A stretch of DNA of 48,499 nucleotides from positions 1 through 48,499 of the forward strand of contig JBDRPL010000030.1 of NCBI GenBank assembly GCA_043827025.1, given 5' to 3'. Shown here piece after piece: positions 28,727-37,491 of the stretch (within the stretch, counting starts at the first letter, position 1; each line of letters opens with the position of its first letter). A model generated the notes under the pieces. The model ran no database searches. It was not told the origin of the DNA and worked only from the letters and a program-made list of their open reading frames with translations. Made by a program: the position numbers and the translations under genes. Origin of the DNA: Candidatus Micrarchaeota archaeon. Lineage in GTDB: Archaea > Micrarchaeota > Micrarchaeia > Anstonellales > Bilamarchaeaceae.

Positions 28727-29157
28727 CTCTGTGAAAGCTGCTGAGCCATGTAATCCATAAATGGACCTTTGCACCTTGTGAAAAGCTCTGTGTTCGAGAG
28801 GCTTCCAATATATACCTTGTAATCTGTGAGGCTCATAGGTACTGTACAGGTCCAATCCTTGCCAGTAATCTCAGGAATACTTGAGGTTGTGTAAACGAAC
28901 TTTAACACACATTCTGTTCCTGTGGTTCCTTCAACGGAGACAGAAAGCGTTCCAGTTGGATCAGAGGTATCAAGAACCTTAGCCTTTGAACAATATGCGA
29001 CATTCTGATTGAAGCAAACCAAGTCATAACTACAGTCAACCACAGTAACCACAGGTGGTACAGGAACGTTGTTTACTGGAGGAGTAGTCGTAGTTCCGCC
29101 AGTGCATCCAAACAGCATAAATCCAAATGCCAATAGCACTAATATCATTTTCTTCAT
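28720..29157 (-). CDS. Putative lipoprotein with Cys-containing extracellular domain
   Basis: MKKMILVLLAFGFMLFGC lipobox, Thr/Pro linker, VDCSYDLVCF. Confidence 0.7.
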   Translation of the reverse strand: MKKMILVLLAFGFMLFGCTGGTTTTPPVNNVPVPPVVTVVDCSYDLVCFNQNVAYCSKAKVLDTSDPTGTLSVSVEGTTGTECVLKFVYTTSSIPEITGKDWTCTVPMSLTDYKVYIGSLSNTELFTRCKGPFMDYMAQQLSQSY

Positions 29158-29219
29158 GAATTCACCTGCTGACTAATCGACAAGATCATTTAATAAGTTA
29201 TTCTTCAGTTAGTTAATCG

Positions 29220-29750
29220 ATGGCAAAAGACAAAGAAGAGATTCATGAAAAGGCGCTCAAAATACCTGTCATGTATGTAAAGGACAAGCAGGCATTCACA
29301 ATGAGAAGAGAGGTATTGAAACTGATAGGAAAACCAATAGATCTTGCAAAGAAAATGAAGGAAGATGGCGTCAAATTGATACACATCATTGATTTGGATG
29401 CTGAAAAAGGAAATACAACTAATTTTGATATGTATAATAAAATTACTTACTTCTTGAACATCGAAATAGAAACCAACAATGAAAAGGCAATACATCAGCT
29501 CCTTGGAATAAGGTGCAGGATAGTTGTCAAATTGCCAAGCAAATTAGATTTAGGTAAATTGGAGAAACGGCTCCTTGTTGGAAGAGTGGATTCGAAAGAC
29601 ATTGACACCCGCAAGGTCTATGACGTTATAGTAAATAAAGAAGAACTTATTGGAAGATTCAAGAACAGAACAATATTCGACGGTAAATTGGATGAAAAAT
29701 CAGAAAAAAATATACAAAACAAATTATTCGGAATTCTGGTTCGGGATTAG
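29220..29750 (+). CDS. Truncated or degenerate HisA/HisF-like protein
   Basis: IPVMYVKD, PIDLAKKMKEDGVKLIHIIDLDA...NF match the HisA N-terminal half; 176 aa only. Confidence 0.6.
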   Translation: MAKDKEEIHEKALKIPVMYVKDKQAFTMRREVLKLIGKPIDLAKKMKEDGVKLIHIIDLDAEKGNTTNFDMYNKITYFLNIEIETNNEKAIHQLLGIRCRIVVKLPSKLDLGKLEKRLLVGRVDSKDIDTRKVYDVIVNKEELIGRFKNRTIFDGKLDEKSEKNIQNKLFGILVRD

Positions 29751-29762
29751 CGATTCGATCAG

Positions 29763-30461
29763 TCAGTCCAACATCTTAAACCCATCATCAGTTATCTTTG
29801 CATTATGTATCCTTGTAGAATGCTTGACGCCCTTCATCTTCAGGACTTCGATTGCCCGTGACCTGCATTTCGCCTTCATAGAATAGAGATAATAAATATG
29901 CATCCACCCCTCGCACATGGTTTCAATGCCATATCTTGTTGAAGGAAGAACGTCCTGTGTGGATGCGGGAGTGTCCTCTGCAACCACCATAGTAGTAGTA
30001 TTCCATTTCCGTATGTTGGCCATGAGCTTCAGGAACCCTTTCTTCCGTTCATCCTCATCCTTGAAATAAACTGCAATAGGCATAATCGAGTCTACCACTA
30101 CCCTTTTGATCCCCATCGCATTTATGATTTCCAGGACTGCACTGTTCTGGTTCAGGAACTGATCTATCTCGAATATAGGATAATCCAAAAACATGAGTTT
30201 CTTGCTCTTTTCAAGGTCTTCGATTTTCCACGAATATCCGCTCATGCTGAAAAACAATGATGCCTTGCTGTCTTCGATTGAGATGTAAAGGCCTGGCTCT
30301 GAGTATTTTTGTGCGCCATTAACGAGGAACTGCATCGCCAGGGTGCTTTTTCCAGAACCAGTGGGTCCGCTCAAAGTCACTGTTGATCCCTTAAGAAAGC
30401 CCCCTCCAAGAACCTCGTCCAATCCAGAAATGCCTGTTTTGATGAATTCCCTGCTTATCAT
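29763..30461 (-). CDS. KaiC-like RecA-superfamily ATPase
   Basis: KTGISGLDEVLGGG, GPTGSGKST, RVVVDS, RAIEVLKMKG. Confidence 0.9.
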   Translation of the reverse strand: MISREFIKTGISGLDEVLGGGFLKGSTVTLSGPTGSGKSTLAMQFLVNGAQKYSEPGLYISIEDSKASLFFSMSGYSWKIEDLEKSKKLMFLDYPIFEIDQFLNQNSAVLEIINAMGIKRVVVDSIMPIAVYFKDEDERKKGFLKLMANIRKWNTTTMVVAEDTPASTQDVLPSTRYGIETMCEGWMHIYYLYSMKAKCRSRAIEVLKMKGVKHSTRIHNAKITDDGFKMLD

Positions 30462-30949
30462 TTCTTTTCACCTTTTTGAAACAACTTCTTGCCCATTTCG
30501 AGCTTGTTTGCAAGGGCGCTCCTATATCCTTCCAGCTCTTCAGGGCTTGATAGCTTTTCGATGATGTGCTTTTTATATTCAAAGGTAGTTGTTGAGATAT
30601 TCATGAGAAGCTCCTGCGCCGAATCTATAGTGAAAACCAGCTTATCCGGCTTGAGTATCTCCAGTGAAAATGGGCTGTATTTCTCGCAGAGGTTGGTTAT
30701 CGAAAGGAAAGACTTGCATAACACCTTAAGCTGCAATGAAGTAGAAAACATATCGTTTCTTTCTTCAGGCTCGTTTATCTCGCCCAGGGCAAAAACTACT
30801 CCAGGCTCCTTCAATACTTGATTAACAAAACCTACGCCAAGTTCAGAAAGCTTGCTTTTGTCCTTGCCATGCAGATCAAAGTAGAGCAATGCCAGCACTC
30901 CGCCCTTCTCTACAGTCTCCTTTGTGACCTTTTCCACTTCATTAGCCAT
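30458..30949 (-). CDS. Hypothetical protein, translationally coupled to the KaiC-like ATPase
   Basis: 163-aa ORF with ATGA stop/start overlap. Confidence 0.7.
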   Translation of the reverse strand: MANEVEKVTKETVEKGGVLALLYFDLHGKDKSKLSELGVGFVNQVLKEPGVVFALGEINEPEERNDMFSTSLQLKVLCKSFLSITNLCEKYSPFSLEILKPDKLVFTIDSAQELLMNISTTTFEYKKHIIEKLSSPEELEGYRSALANKLEMGKKLFQKGEKK

Positions 30950-31002
30950 GGTTATGTTGTCGTTGCATAAACTTTTAATTACCTTCTGTAAACAATGAAA
31001 GC

Positions 31003-31845
31003 ATGGACAAAGGCAATAAACGTTTCAAATTCATGAAGAAATCGCGTGAGAAGGTAAAGGACGCACTGAAAAGCAGGGATATGGTAATTGGAACCACTTC
31101 TAAAACTATAGGAGAACTTGACGCAATCATCAACTCGCTTGGGGAGAAACTTGAGGATTGGTATGCCATATATTTTCCAGAGCTCAAATGCGACACCAAA
31201 GTAAAATATGCAAGGGCAATAGTTTTCATTGACAAGAAAAACATAAACATAAGCCCATTAGCAAAACTCGTTGGCGCAGCATCAGCTGACAGCATCTCCA
31301 AAAGAGCGCTGACAAGCCTTGGCGCAGACCTTCCTGAGAAAGACTTGCAAAAGATAAAGGATTGTGCAAATATGATACTTGAACTGGATGATTTAAGGGC
31401 TAAGTATCAACAATATGAAAATGAGCTGGCTGATGAGATCTGTCCGAACATCAAATACCTTATTGGGTCTGAAATCGCAGCTAAATTGATTGCACATGCA
31501 GGCTCTATGAGACGACTCGCACTAATGCCCGCAAGTACTATCCAAGTAATAGGTGCTGAAAAGGCGTTGTTCAAGCATTTGAAGAACAAACGGATAAATC
31601 CTCCAAAACACGGCATTATATTTCAATATGCAAAGATTTCCGCGTCTCCAAAAGCAGTTCGTGGAAAAATTGCACGAGTGCTTGCAAACAACATCTGCAC
31701 AGCCGCAAAGGCAGATGCATTCACAAAGAATGACATCTCCAAACCTTTGAAAGAGAAGATGGATGGCAAAATAAAGGCAATACTTGACGAATGGGAAAGG
31801 AAAAGAGCAAAGAATCCTGAACTAGCAAAGGAGAATGAAGAATGA
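31003..31845 (+). CDS. nop5: Nop5 (Nop56/58) box C/D sRNP protein, short form
   Basis: EDWYAIYFPEL, CPNI, LIAHAGS...LALMPASTIQVIGAEKALF, PKHGIIF, RGKIAR. Confidence 0.92.
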   Translation: MDKGNKRFKFMKKSREKVKDALKSRDMVIGTTSKTIGELDAIINSLGEKLEDWYAIYFPELKCDTKVKYARAIVFIDKKNINISPLAKLVGAASADSISKRALTSLGADLPEKDLQKIKDCANMILELDDLRAKYQQYENELADEICPNIKYLIGSEIAAKLIAHAGSMRRLALMPASTIQVIGAEKALFKHLKNKRINPPKHGIIFQYAKISASPKAVRGKIARVLANNICTAAKADAFTKNDISKPLKEKMDGKIKAILDEWERKRAKNPELAKENEE

Positions 31846-32594
31846 GAGTATTGGCAATTTCGGACATCCATGATGACGAAGTCTGTCTAGAGAAAGTAAA
31901 GGCATTCTGCAACAAAAACGAATTTGATCATATTTTGATTGCAGGAGATATCACAAAACACTCCATTTCATTTCTTGAAGAGGTGCTTGAGGCGCTTCCT
32001 AATTCTTTCATCATACCTGGCAATAATGAGGATGCGAAAGTATTGGCTAAAATGAAAAAATACGATGGATATCTTCATGAAAAGATTGGATTCCTAAGAA
32101 ACGTTTTGGCTGAGCGCACATCTACTATCGATGAAAAGGGAAATAGATATGAAGAACATGAAATGGCAGACACTTATCCAATAGTTGGTTTTGGATTCTC
32201 GAACATAACTCCATTTGGGACACCTGGTGAGCTCACGGAAGACGAGATTTACGAAAGGATGAGCAAACTACCGATAGATGAGAAAACGATATTGCTCTGC
32301 CATTGCCCACCTTATGGCTATTTTGACACTACACCAAATGGCGAACATGTTGGAAGTAAAAGCATCTGGAAGATAATTCTTGAGAAAAGGCCTCTTATGG
32401 CATTGTTTGGGCACATCCATGAATTAGAGGGTGTTAATGAAGTAAAATTTCCCAATTCACTTGGACAGACGCTTCTTGTGAAGATACCTGCTGCGCCAAG
32501 CGGAAGGGCTGTGGTTATTAATCCTAATGCAGAAGAAACTCCAAAGGTTGCTTTTGTGAAGTTGTGGGACAATGGAAATCAGGATAATAAGTGA
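31842..32594 (+). CDS. Calcineurin-like metallophosphoesterase
   Basis: ISDIH, AGD, PGNNE, HCPP, HVGS, GHIHE. Confidence 0.88.
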   Translation: MRVLAISDIHDDEVCLEKVKAFCNKNEFDHILIAGDITKHSISFLEEVLEALPNSFIIPGNNEDAKVLAKMKKYDGYLHEKIGFLRNVLAERTSTIDEKGNRYEEHEMADTYPIVGFGFSNITPFGTPGELTEDEIYERMSKLPIDEKTILLCHCPPYGYFDTTPNGEHVGSKSIWKIILEKRPLMALFGHIHELEGVNEVKFPNSLGQTLLVKIPAAPSGRAVVINPNAEETPKVAFVKLWDNGNQDNK

Positions 32595-32955
32595 AACCGA
32601 GATATTGGATGTTTTGAAATTAATTGCAAAACTGTTCCCAAAGGCCTACCCTGTTTTGAAAGAGAATGACCAGATATATGTGGCAATTGAAGGGGAAAAA
32701 ATCATAGGATTCCTCCACATGACTGAGAAGGAAGACAAAATACTTTTGAATGGAATCGGGATTGTTGAAGAATATAGAGGAAAACACGTTGGCACAAAGC
32801 TCATGGGGCACCTTATTGACGAAGCCAAAGACAGGCCGATTTACCTAAAAGTCACTGAGAAGAACTTTATCGCACAAGCACTTTATGAAAAATTCGGGTT
32901 TGTTCCGAAGAGATATGGAAGGAGATATGTGTTGGTCAAGAGTCCTGAGAATTAG
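32572..32955 (+). CDS. GNAT (RimI-like) acetyltransferase
   Basis: IGIVEEYRGKHVGTKL, LKV...N..AQALYEKFGF. Confidence 0.85.
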   Translation: MEIRIISETEILDVLKLIAKLFPKAYPVLKENDQIYVAIEGEKIIGFLHMTEKEDKILLNGIGIVEEYRGKHVGTKLMGHLIDEAKDRPIYLKVTEKNFIAQALYEKFGFVPKRYGRRYVLVKSPEN

Positions 32956-32997
32956 GAAGTTTTATAATCTCTTTTGTGGTGAAATAAACCTACAAAT

Positions 32998-33264
32998 GGG
33001 GTCGTGAGGTAAAGCTTTGAACGGTTCGTTCAAAATTTGTGCACCGTTCGAGGCGCACAACCTGGTTATCCGGCTGGCTTTGGGAGCCTGTTATCTGTGA
33101 AAACTTTTGGGAAAAATTCGGTCATGAAACCTTCCGGTTTCATGGGCGTACGTGAACAAAGTTCACGAACGTTATCAAAACCTAGATTCCAAAAAGTTTC
33201 AGAAATTCAAATGCTTCCAAGACCCGAAACGCGGGACTGGAAACTGATAATCACGGCGACCCCA
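32998..33264 (+). tRNA. tRNA-Pro(UGG) with three non-canonical introns: D-loop (about 33013-33060, 48 nt), 53/54 (33100-33205, 106 nt), 59/60 (33212-33250, 39 nt)
   Basis: Spliced form GGGGTCGTGAGGTAACCTGGTTATCCGGCTGGCTTTGGGAGCCTGTTATCTGTGTTCAAATCACGGCGACCCCA (74 nt); anticodon at 33081-33083; BHB helix TCTG/CAGA at intron 2; D-loop boundaries ambiguous by 1-2 nt. Confidence 0.82.
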
Positions 33265-33452
33265 TTTTGTTTACAAAATGGTGGGGGAAGCGAACTCTGT
33301 TCGCAACGACCCCATTTAAACTTTCTTTCTTGTAAGAAAGAAACTTCAACCATGAACCAAAAGTTCATGGGCGTACGTGAACAAAGTTCACGAACATAAT
33401 GAAAGAAAGAACCTGTTGAGGAAGTGAACAGCAGTTCACAACTATCCCATTT
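33265..33452 (+). repeat. Palindrome-rich tRNA-Pro 3' trailer with duplicated tRNA 3' end and a copy of intron sequence
   Basis: CGACCCCATTT repeated at 33307-33317; 32-bp copy of intron 2 at 33364-33395; several GAAC-n-GTTC and CTTTC-n-GAAAG hairpins. Confidence 0.75.
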
Positions 33453-33461
33453 ATTCTATTT

Positions 33462-34445
33462 TTAAACGATCGTCGATGGGAAATAACTTGCAAGTATTTC
33501 ATCTGAAACAAGAAGAACATCCTTTCTCTTTATTATGTCGCTGAAATTAGCCTTGAGCCTCTTGGCAAAGAATTGAAATTCCCTGACAGATGGAATTTCA
33601 AGTTCTACGGAAAAATCATAGTAACCGATTGTTTGGGTTGCCCAAAGAACATGAGGCTCAAAGCTCAGGAATGAATATAGCTTTTTCCAATTCTCCTTGT
33701 TCATGTTCCTTAGGTTGAACCATATCTTGTAATAGGAATGGCCAAGATTGGCGAAATTAGTGAAGATTCTAAAGCCCTGGAGTATTTGGTTCTTTTTTAG
33801 TCTTCGCATCATTTCAATTGTTGTTGGCACTGAAACTCCAGCATCCTTTGCCAATAAAGAAATCTGCTTTCTTGCATCCAAAGAGATTGAACGCAGGAAT
33901 TTCGCTTCTTCGCTTGACACTTCAAGAGTCTCCGTGGTTTCACCACTTTTGATAATTGATCTTCGGGATTCTCCAAAACCAAAGTTCCTCTTGAAATAAT
34001 TGAACTGCAATGTATGCATGAGTTGTTTTTCCAATATGTAATCGCCGAATCTCATGTCAAATTCTTCAAGGAAAACCGAGACCTCGGTGGCATTCTTCAC
34101 CCTTGGCGCAATATTGAGGTCCCAGCTTCCATCACACCAGGCCGCCCAGCCGATGTTCTCTGATTTTTTTATGAAGCTTGTCATCTCTTTCTCAATTTTT
34201 TCAGGGAGCTCTTCGAATTTGAAGAGAATTGGGTACATTCTGAAGCCAAGTTTGTAGAGGTCCATCTCTGTTATGTATCCTTTGATCAGTCCTGAATTCT
34301 CCAGATTCTTGACCCTATATAGAACTACTTCCTTGCTCATGCCTGTTTTCTTAGCAATTTCATTATAACTCTGGCGTGCATCCCTCTCCAGCTCGTAAAG
34401 TATCTTCAGATCTTTCTTGTCCAATGCATTTCGTGTCAGTTCCAT
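33462..34445 (-). CDS. Tandem (double) Lrp/AsnC family transcriptional regulator
   Basis: LDKKDLKILYELERDARQSYNEIAKKTGMS; second HTH DARKQISLLAKDAGVS; GSWDL and GYYDF. Confidence 0.9.
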   Translation of the reverse strand: MELTRNALDKKDLKILYELERDARQSYNEIAKKTGMSKEVVLYRVKNLENSGLIKGYITEMDLYKLGFRMYPILFKFEELPEKIEKEMTSFIKKSENIGWAAWCDGSWDLNIAPRVKNATEVSVFLEEFDMRFGDYILEKQLMHTLQFNYFKRNFGFGESRRSIIKSGETTETLEVSSEEAKFLRSISLDARKQISLLAKDAGVSVPTTIEMMRRLKKNQILQGFRIFTNFANLGHSYYKIWFNLRNMNKENWKKLYSFLSFEPHVLWATQTIGYYDFSVELEIPSVREFQFFAKRLKANFSDIIKRKDVLLVSDEILASYFPSTIV

Positions 34446-34549
34446 TTTTTACCTTAATTCAATTTTTTCTCTAATAATTTAATGAATGATAAGAAATTTA
34501 AGGCTAATCTTTATTATTTATGAAATATAAGTTATAGTTGGTGTTAATT

Positions 34550-36412
34550 ATGAGTGATAAACCAGATGTTCCAATCGAAGTCATAAGATTGCTTTCAAGC
34601 CCTGACACGTCAGTCAGAATAGCTACGCTTGAAACACTAGATAATACGGCAGTAATACATCTAGCAAAACACGCACAGGATAAGGAGTTGAGGATGGCTG
34701 CAATAAGAAAGGCAAAGGAAAAAGGCATTGTCATCTACGAAAAAAGTTTGAGCGTTTATGACGAGGACGAGCTTTTGCTGCTGGCCAGTTTTGCAAATAA
34801 AAATGTCCTTATTGACATGGCTACGCAGGAGTGGCTTCCGATTAAAGCAAGGCTTGCTGCAATAGAAAGGCTCAAGGCTGACCAGGAGGCGCTGCTTGCA
34901 ATTCAAGAGAAGGTTGCAAAAATAGCAGGGGATAAAAACGGAGAGATTTTGGAGGAATGTGCAAGGTCACTCCTACAGGTAGGCGTAGAAGATGGGCAAA
35001 CAAGCACCCAACACTCATATATTGCCGCTTATTCGAAAGATACGCGCGAGAGCCTTGAACGCATTGAACAGATAGGTGATGAAAATAAGCTTCAATCAAT
35101 TGGAATGGAAAGCAAGGATCCAATTGTTCGCAAGGCTGCATTTGGAAAAATGACAGATGAAAGGCTGATTGCAAAGGCAATATCCCTCTATTTGGGAAGA
35201 TTTGTCATGGGAATGGCAGGGCCAGTTGATGAATTCCGATTGTCAAAAGGCTGGCGCGAAGCCATAGACAGACTCGTGGAATTGGATAAAAAAGATGCAG
35301 CAGTGGAAGCAATACGCCAACTCAGAAATGGAAATTACTATGATTGTGCAGAAAAATATCCTGAAAGGGTTCGCGTAGCGATAACCTATCTGCTTGAAAA
35401 AGCATGGGAACCCAAAGACGAGAAAGAGGTTTACTTGGTTGTTGATCAATTGTCTGATCCCAAGATCCTGGAGAAATACCTTCCAAGGCTAGGAGCTAAA
35501 AGACTGATTGAACTAGCAGGGAGTTCTAGGCTAAAAGCAACTCGAATAGCTGAAATGACAGAAGATCAAAAGGTATTGCTTGGGATTGCATTACGCTGGC
35601 GAAAGGGAGAAAGAATTTACTGGCAGGCGGAATTCCTCGGATATGATAAAGATGGAAAATCAGTCGAACGCCCAAGACATGCTGTGTCAGAACCAGCAAA
35701 AAAAGCAATAGCCAAGATGGATGCACAGAGACTCTATGAAATCATAATCAAATTATCGAATATGGGAGAAAACTGGGAAGAAGTATGGGACACCGCAGAG
35801 TATGCAACGCAAAGAGTGCTTGGAATGAGGCATAGCCTTGACCCTGCAAAAGAAGACGAAGCAATGCTTCTTTTCCTTGTAACAATCCATTCGAAAGACC
35901 CACTCTCAAGAGAAAATGCATTTGAAAGGATAAAGGATTTGCCAGGATTTGCAGAAGCTGTGCTGGTGCATCGCTGTTCGTTTTGCAGTGTAAATGATTG
36001 GGTTGTGGCAAAAGACAAAACTCCGGACAAGACATTAGTTGCTGCACTTGAAGTGCTTCGTTCAACAGACATGGATGGATTTGTCAGGGTCCTTGCAACA
36101 AGAGAGGACATTATGGCAGGGATACGGGCAGATTATCAGAAAGTGAGATTTGCGAAGAATGCAGTCATACAGAGGATAAATGATCCCATGCTGTTGCTTA
36201 GGATAATCCAGGCAAAACCTTATAGAAAAACGCTTGTTGAGTGCGAAGAACAGTTAAGAAAGCTTGGATTTGACCCACAATTGCTGAGAGAAATGGCAAG
36301 AAACCCTCTTGCTCGTGATGGTGAAAGTGTTGACGCACCAAAGCTTGGACGGCCTGTTCCCACAGCATGCGGAGGCTGTCCTTTTGCAGTGAAAAGAGTT
36401 ACTAGGGAGTAG
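34550..36412 (+). CDS. Hypothetical alpha-helical repeat protein with an RNPLARDGE C-terminal motif
   Basis: HEAT-like units (DTSVRIATLETL, DKELRMAAIRK, DPIVRKAAFGKM, DPLSRENAFERI). Confidence 0.7.
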   Translation: MSDKPDVPIEVIRLLSSPDTSVRIATLETLDNTAVIHLAKHAQDKELRMAAIRKAKEKGIVIYEKSLSVYDEDELLLLASFANKNVLIDMATQEWLPIKARLAAIERLKADQEALLAIQEKVAKIAGDKNGEILEECARSLLQVGVEDGQTSTQHSYIAAYSKDTRESLERIEQIGDENKLQSIGMESKDPIVRKAAFGKMTDERLIAKAISLYLGRFVMGMAGPVDEFRLSKGWREAIDRLVELDKKDAAVEAIRQLRNGNYYDCAEKYPERVRVAITYLLEKAWEPKDEKEVYLVVDQLSDPKILEKYLPRLGAKRLIELAGSSRLKATRIAEMTEDQKVLLGIALRWRKGERIYWQAEFLGYDKDGKSVERPRHAVSEPAKKAIAKMDAQRLYEIIIKLSNMGENWEEVWDTAEYATQRVLGMRHSLDPAKEDEAMLLFLVTIHSKDPLSRENAFERIKDLPGFAEAVLVHRCSFCSVNDWVVAKDKTPDKTLVAALEVLRSTDMDGFVRVLATREDIMAGIRADYQKVRFAKNAVIQRINDPMLLLRIIQAKPYRKTLVECEEQLRKLGFDPQLLREMARNPLARDGESVDAPKLGRPVPTACGGCPFAVKRVTRE

Positions 36413-36419
36413 TTGACTT

Positions 36420-37355
36420 ATGAAAAAATTAGTTCAGACCCAAAGTGTCAAAATTCGTCAGAGCCCTGCGAAAAAATCAAAATGGCAAAAATTCAAGGAC
36501 AATGCAGACGGCCATTTTCTGATGACAAGGCCCTATTCGCTTGCAGAATATCCGTTAACCACGATGGTAGCAAAAACAAACATTACTCCAACGCTCGAAC
36601 CGTCCTTGTTGGATGGCGCGAGTTTAGCTGCAACAACTCTGCAATGGGCAGCACTTTGCTGGAACTTGGAATCGGTGCACAAGCATGCCAATCGTCCGGA
36701 AATAAGCAAAAAAGTTGCGAATGTCGCGTTCGGAGTTGCTGTAACTATTGGAGCAATTGTTAATCCAATGACATTGGCATTTTCAGCAATGCATTACTTG
36801 ACCTGCAGATCATACGCCAAGAAGGAGGGCGAATCAAATTTGCTGGGGGCTGCAAGTTTCTTGATACGTGGTGCTGGTCAAACAGCACTTTACTTTTTTT
36901 CTCAATGTTTTTACACAAGCACTCTATCTACCAAAAGCCTATTGGTTGGAGGGGCAGTGGGACTGGCGATTGCAGCCAGAAACCTGATTGGCGACCTAAG
37001 AGATATAAAATACGACAAAAAAACATTTCCAATTGTCTTCGGAGAAACAACTTCAATGGTAACTGCAAGTCTTCTGAAAATTGGGGCATGTGGATTATTG
37101 TATGCAACATTTGGATCAGTGTTGATGGGTGCACCATTGCTAATCGAAAGTGCAATAGGAGTGTTCTACAAACACCATCAGAACATGCACAGGATTTCAG
37201 TCGTAGGGTTTAGCGCTACCTTGGCCAATATTGTACTCGCAAATTTAGGCATTATGGAAGCAACGATATTGGTCAACCTGGTTTACTTGTCTTCCCTTGT
37301 TGGAACTGTTTTCTACAACAAGGTGGCAAGGGCCAGTAATCAAGATTACGAATAA
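36420..37355 (+). CDS. UbiA-superfamily prenyltransferase-like membrane protein (divergent)
   Basis: LMTRPYS, multiple TM helices, RNLIGDLRDIKYD..TFPIVFG. Confidence 0.65.
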   Translation: MKKLVQTQSVKIRQSPAKKSKWQKFKDNADGHFLMTRPYSLAEYPLTTMVAKTNITPTLEPSLLDGASLAATTLQWAALCWNLESVHKHANRPEISKKVANVAFGVAVTIGAIVNPMTLAFSAMHYLTCRSYAKKEGESNLLGAASFLIRGAGQTALYFFSQCFYTSTLSTKSLLVGGAVGLAIAARNLIGDLRDIKYDKKTFPIVFGETTSMVTASLLKIGACGLLYATFGSVLMGAPLLIESAIGVFYKHHQNMHRISVVGFSATLANIVLANLGIMEATILVNLVYLSSLVGTVFYNKVARASNQDYE

Positions 37356-37374
37356 ATTAGTTAAGAATAGCTAA

Positions 37375-37446
37375 AGCCCCTGACGAGAGTTGAACTCGCG
37401 GCCTCAGGTTTACGAAACCCGCGCTCTACCACTGAGCTACAAGGGC
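37375..37446 (-). tRNA. tRNA-Thr(CGU), intronless
   Basis: GCCCTTGTAGCTCAGTGGTAGAGCGCGGGTTTCGTAAACCTGAGGCCGCGAGTTCAACTCTCGTCAGGGGCT cloverleaf. Confidence 0.95.
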
Positions 37447-37491
37447 ATTATAAACGAGAAATAAGCTAAAAAGGGATTAAAAGGTTAATGA

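Noticed and set aside
29763..30461. KaiC-like ATPase as a circadian clock
   Set aside because: Single-domain KaiC-like ATPases are widespread in archaea, and no kaiA or kaiB is present
33139..33395. 32-bp palindromic direct repeat as a CRISPR array
   Set aside because: Only two copies 225 bp apart, one inside a tRNA intron, and no cas genes in the window
33037..33399. 120-aa ORF with a repeated FMGVREQSSRT peptide
   Set aside because: It overlaps tRNA-Pro; the peptide repeat is just the 32-bp DNA duplication
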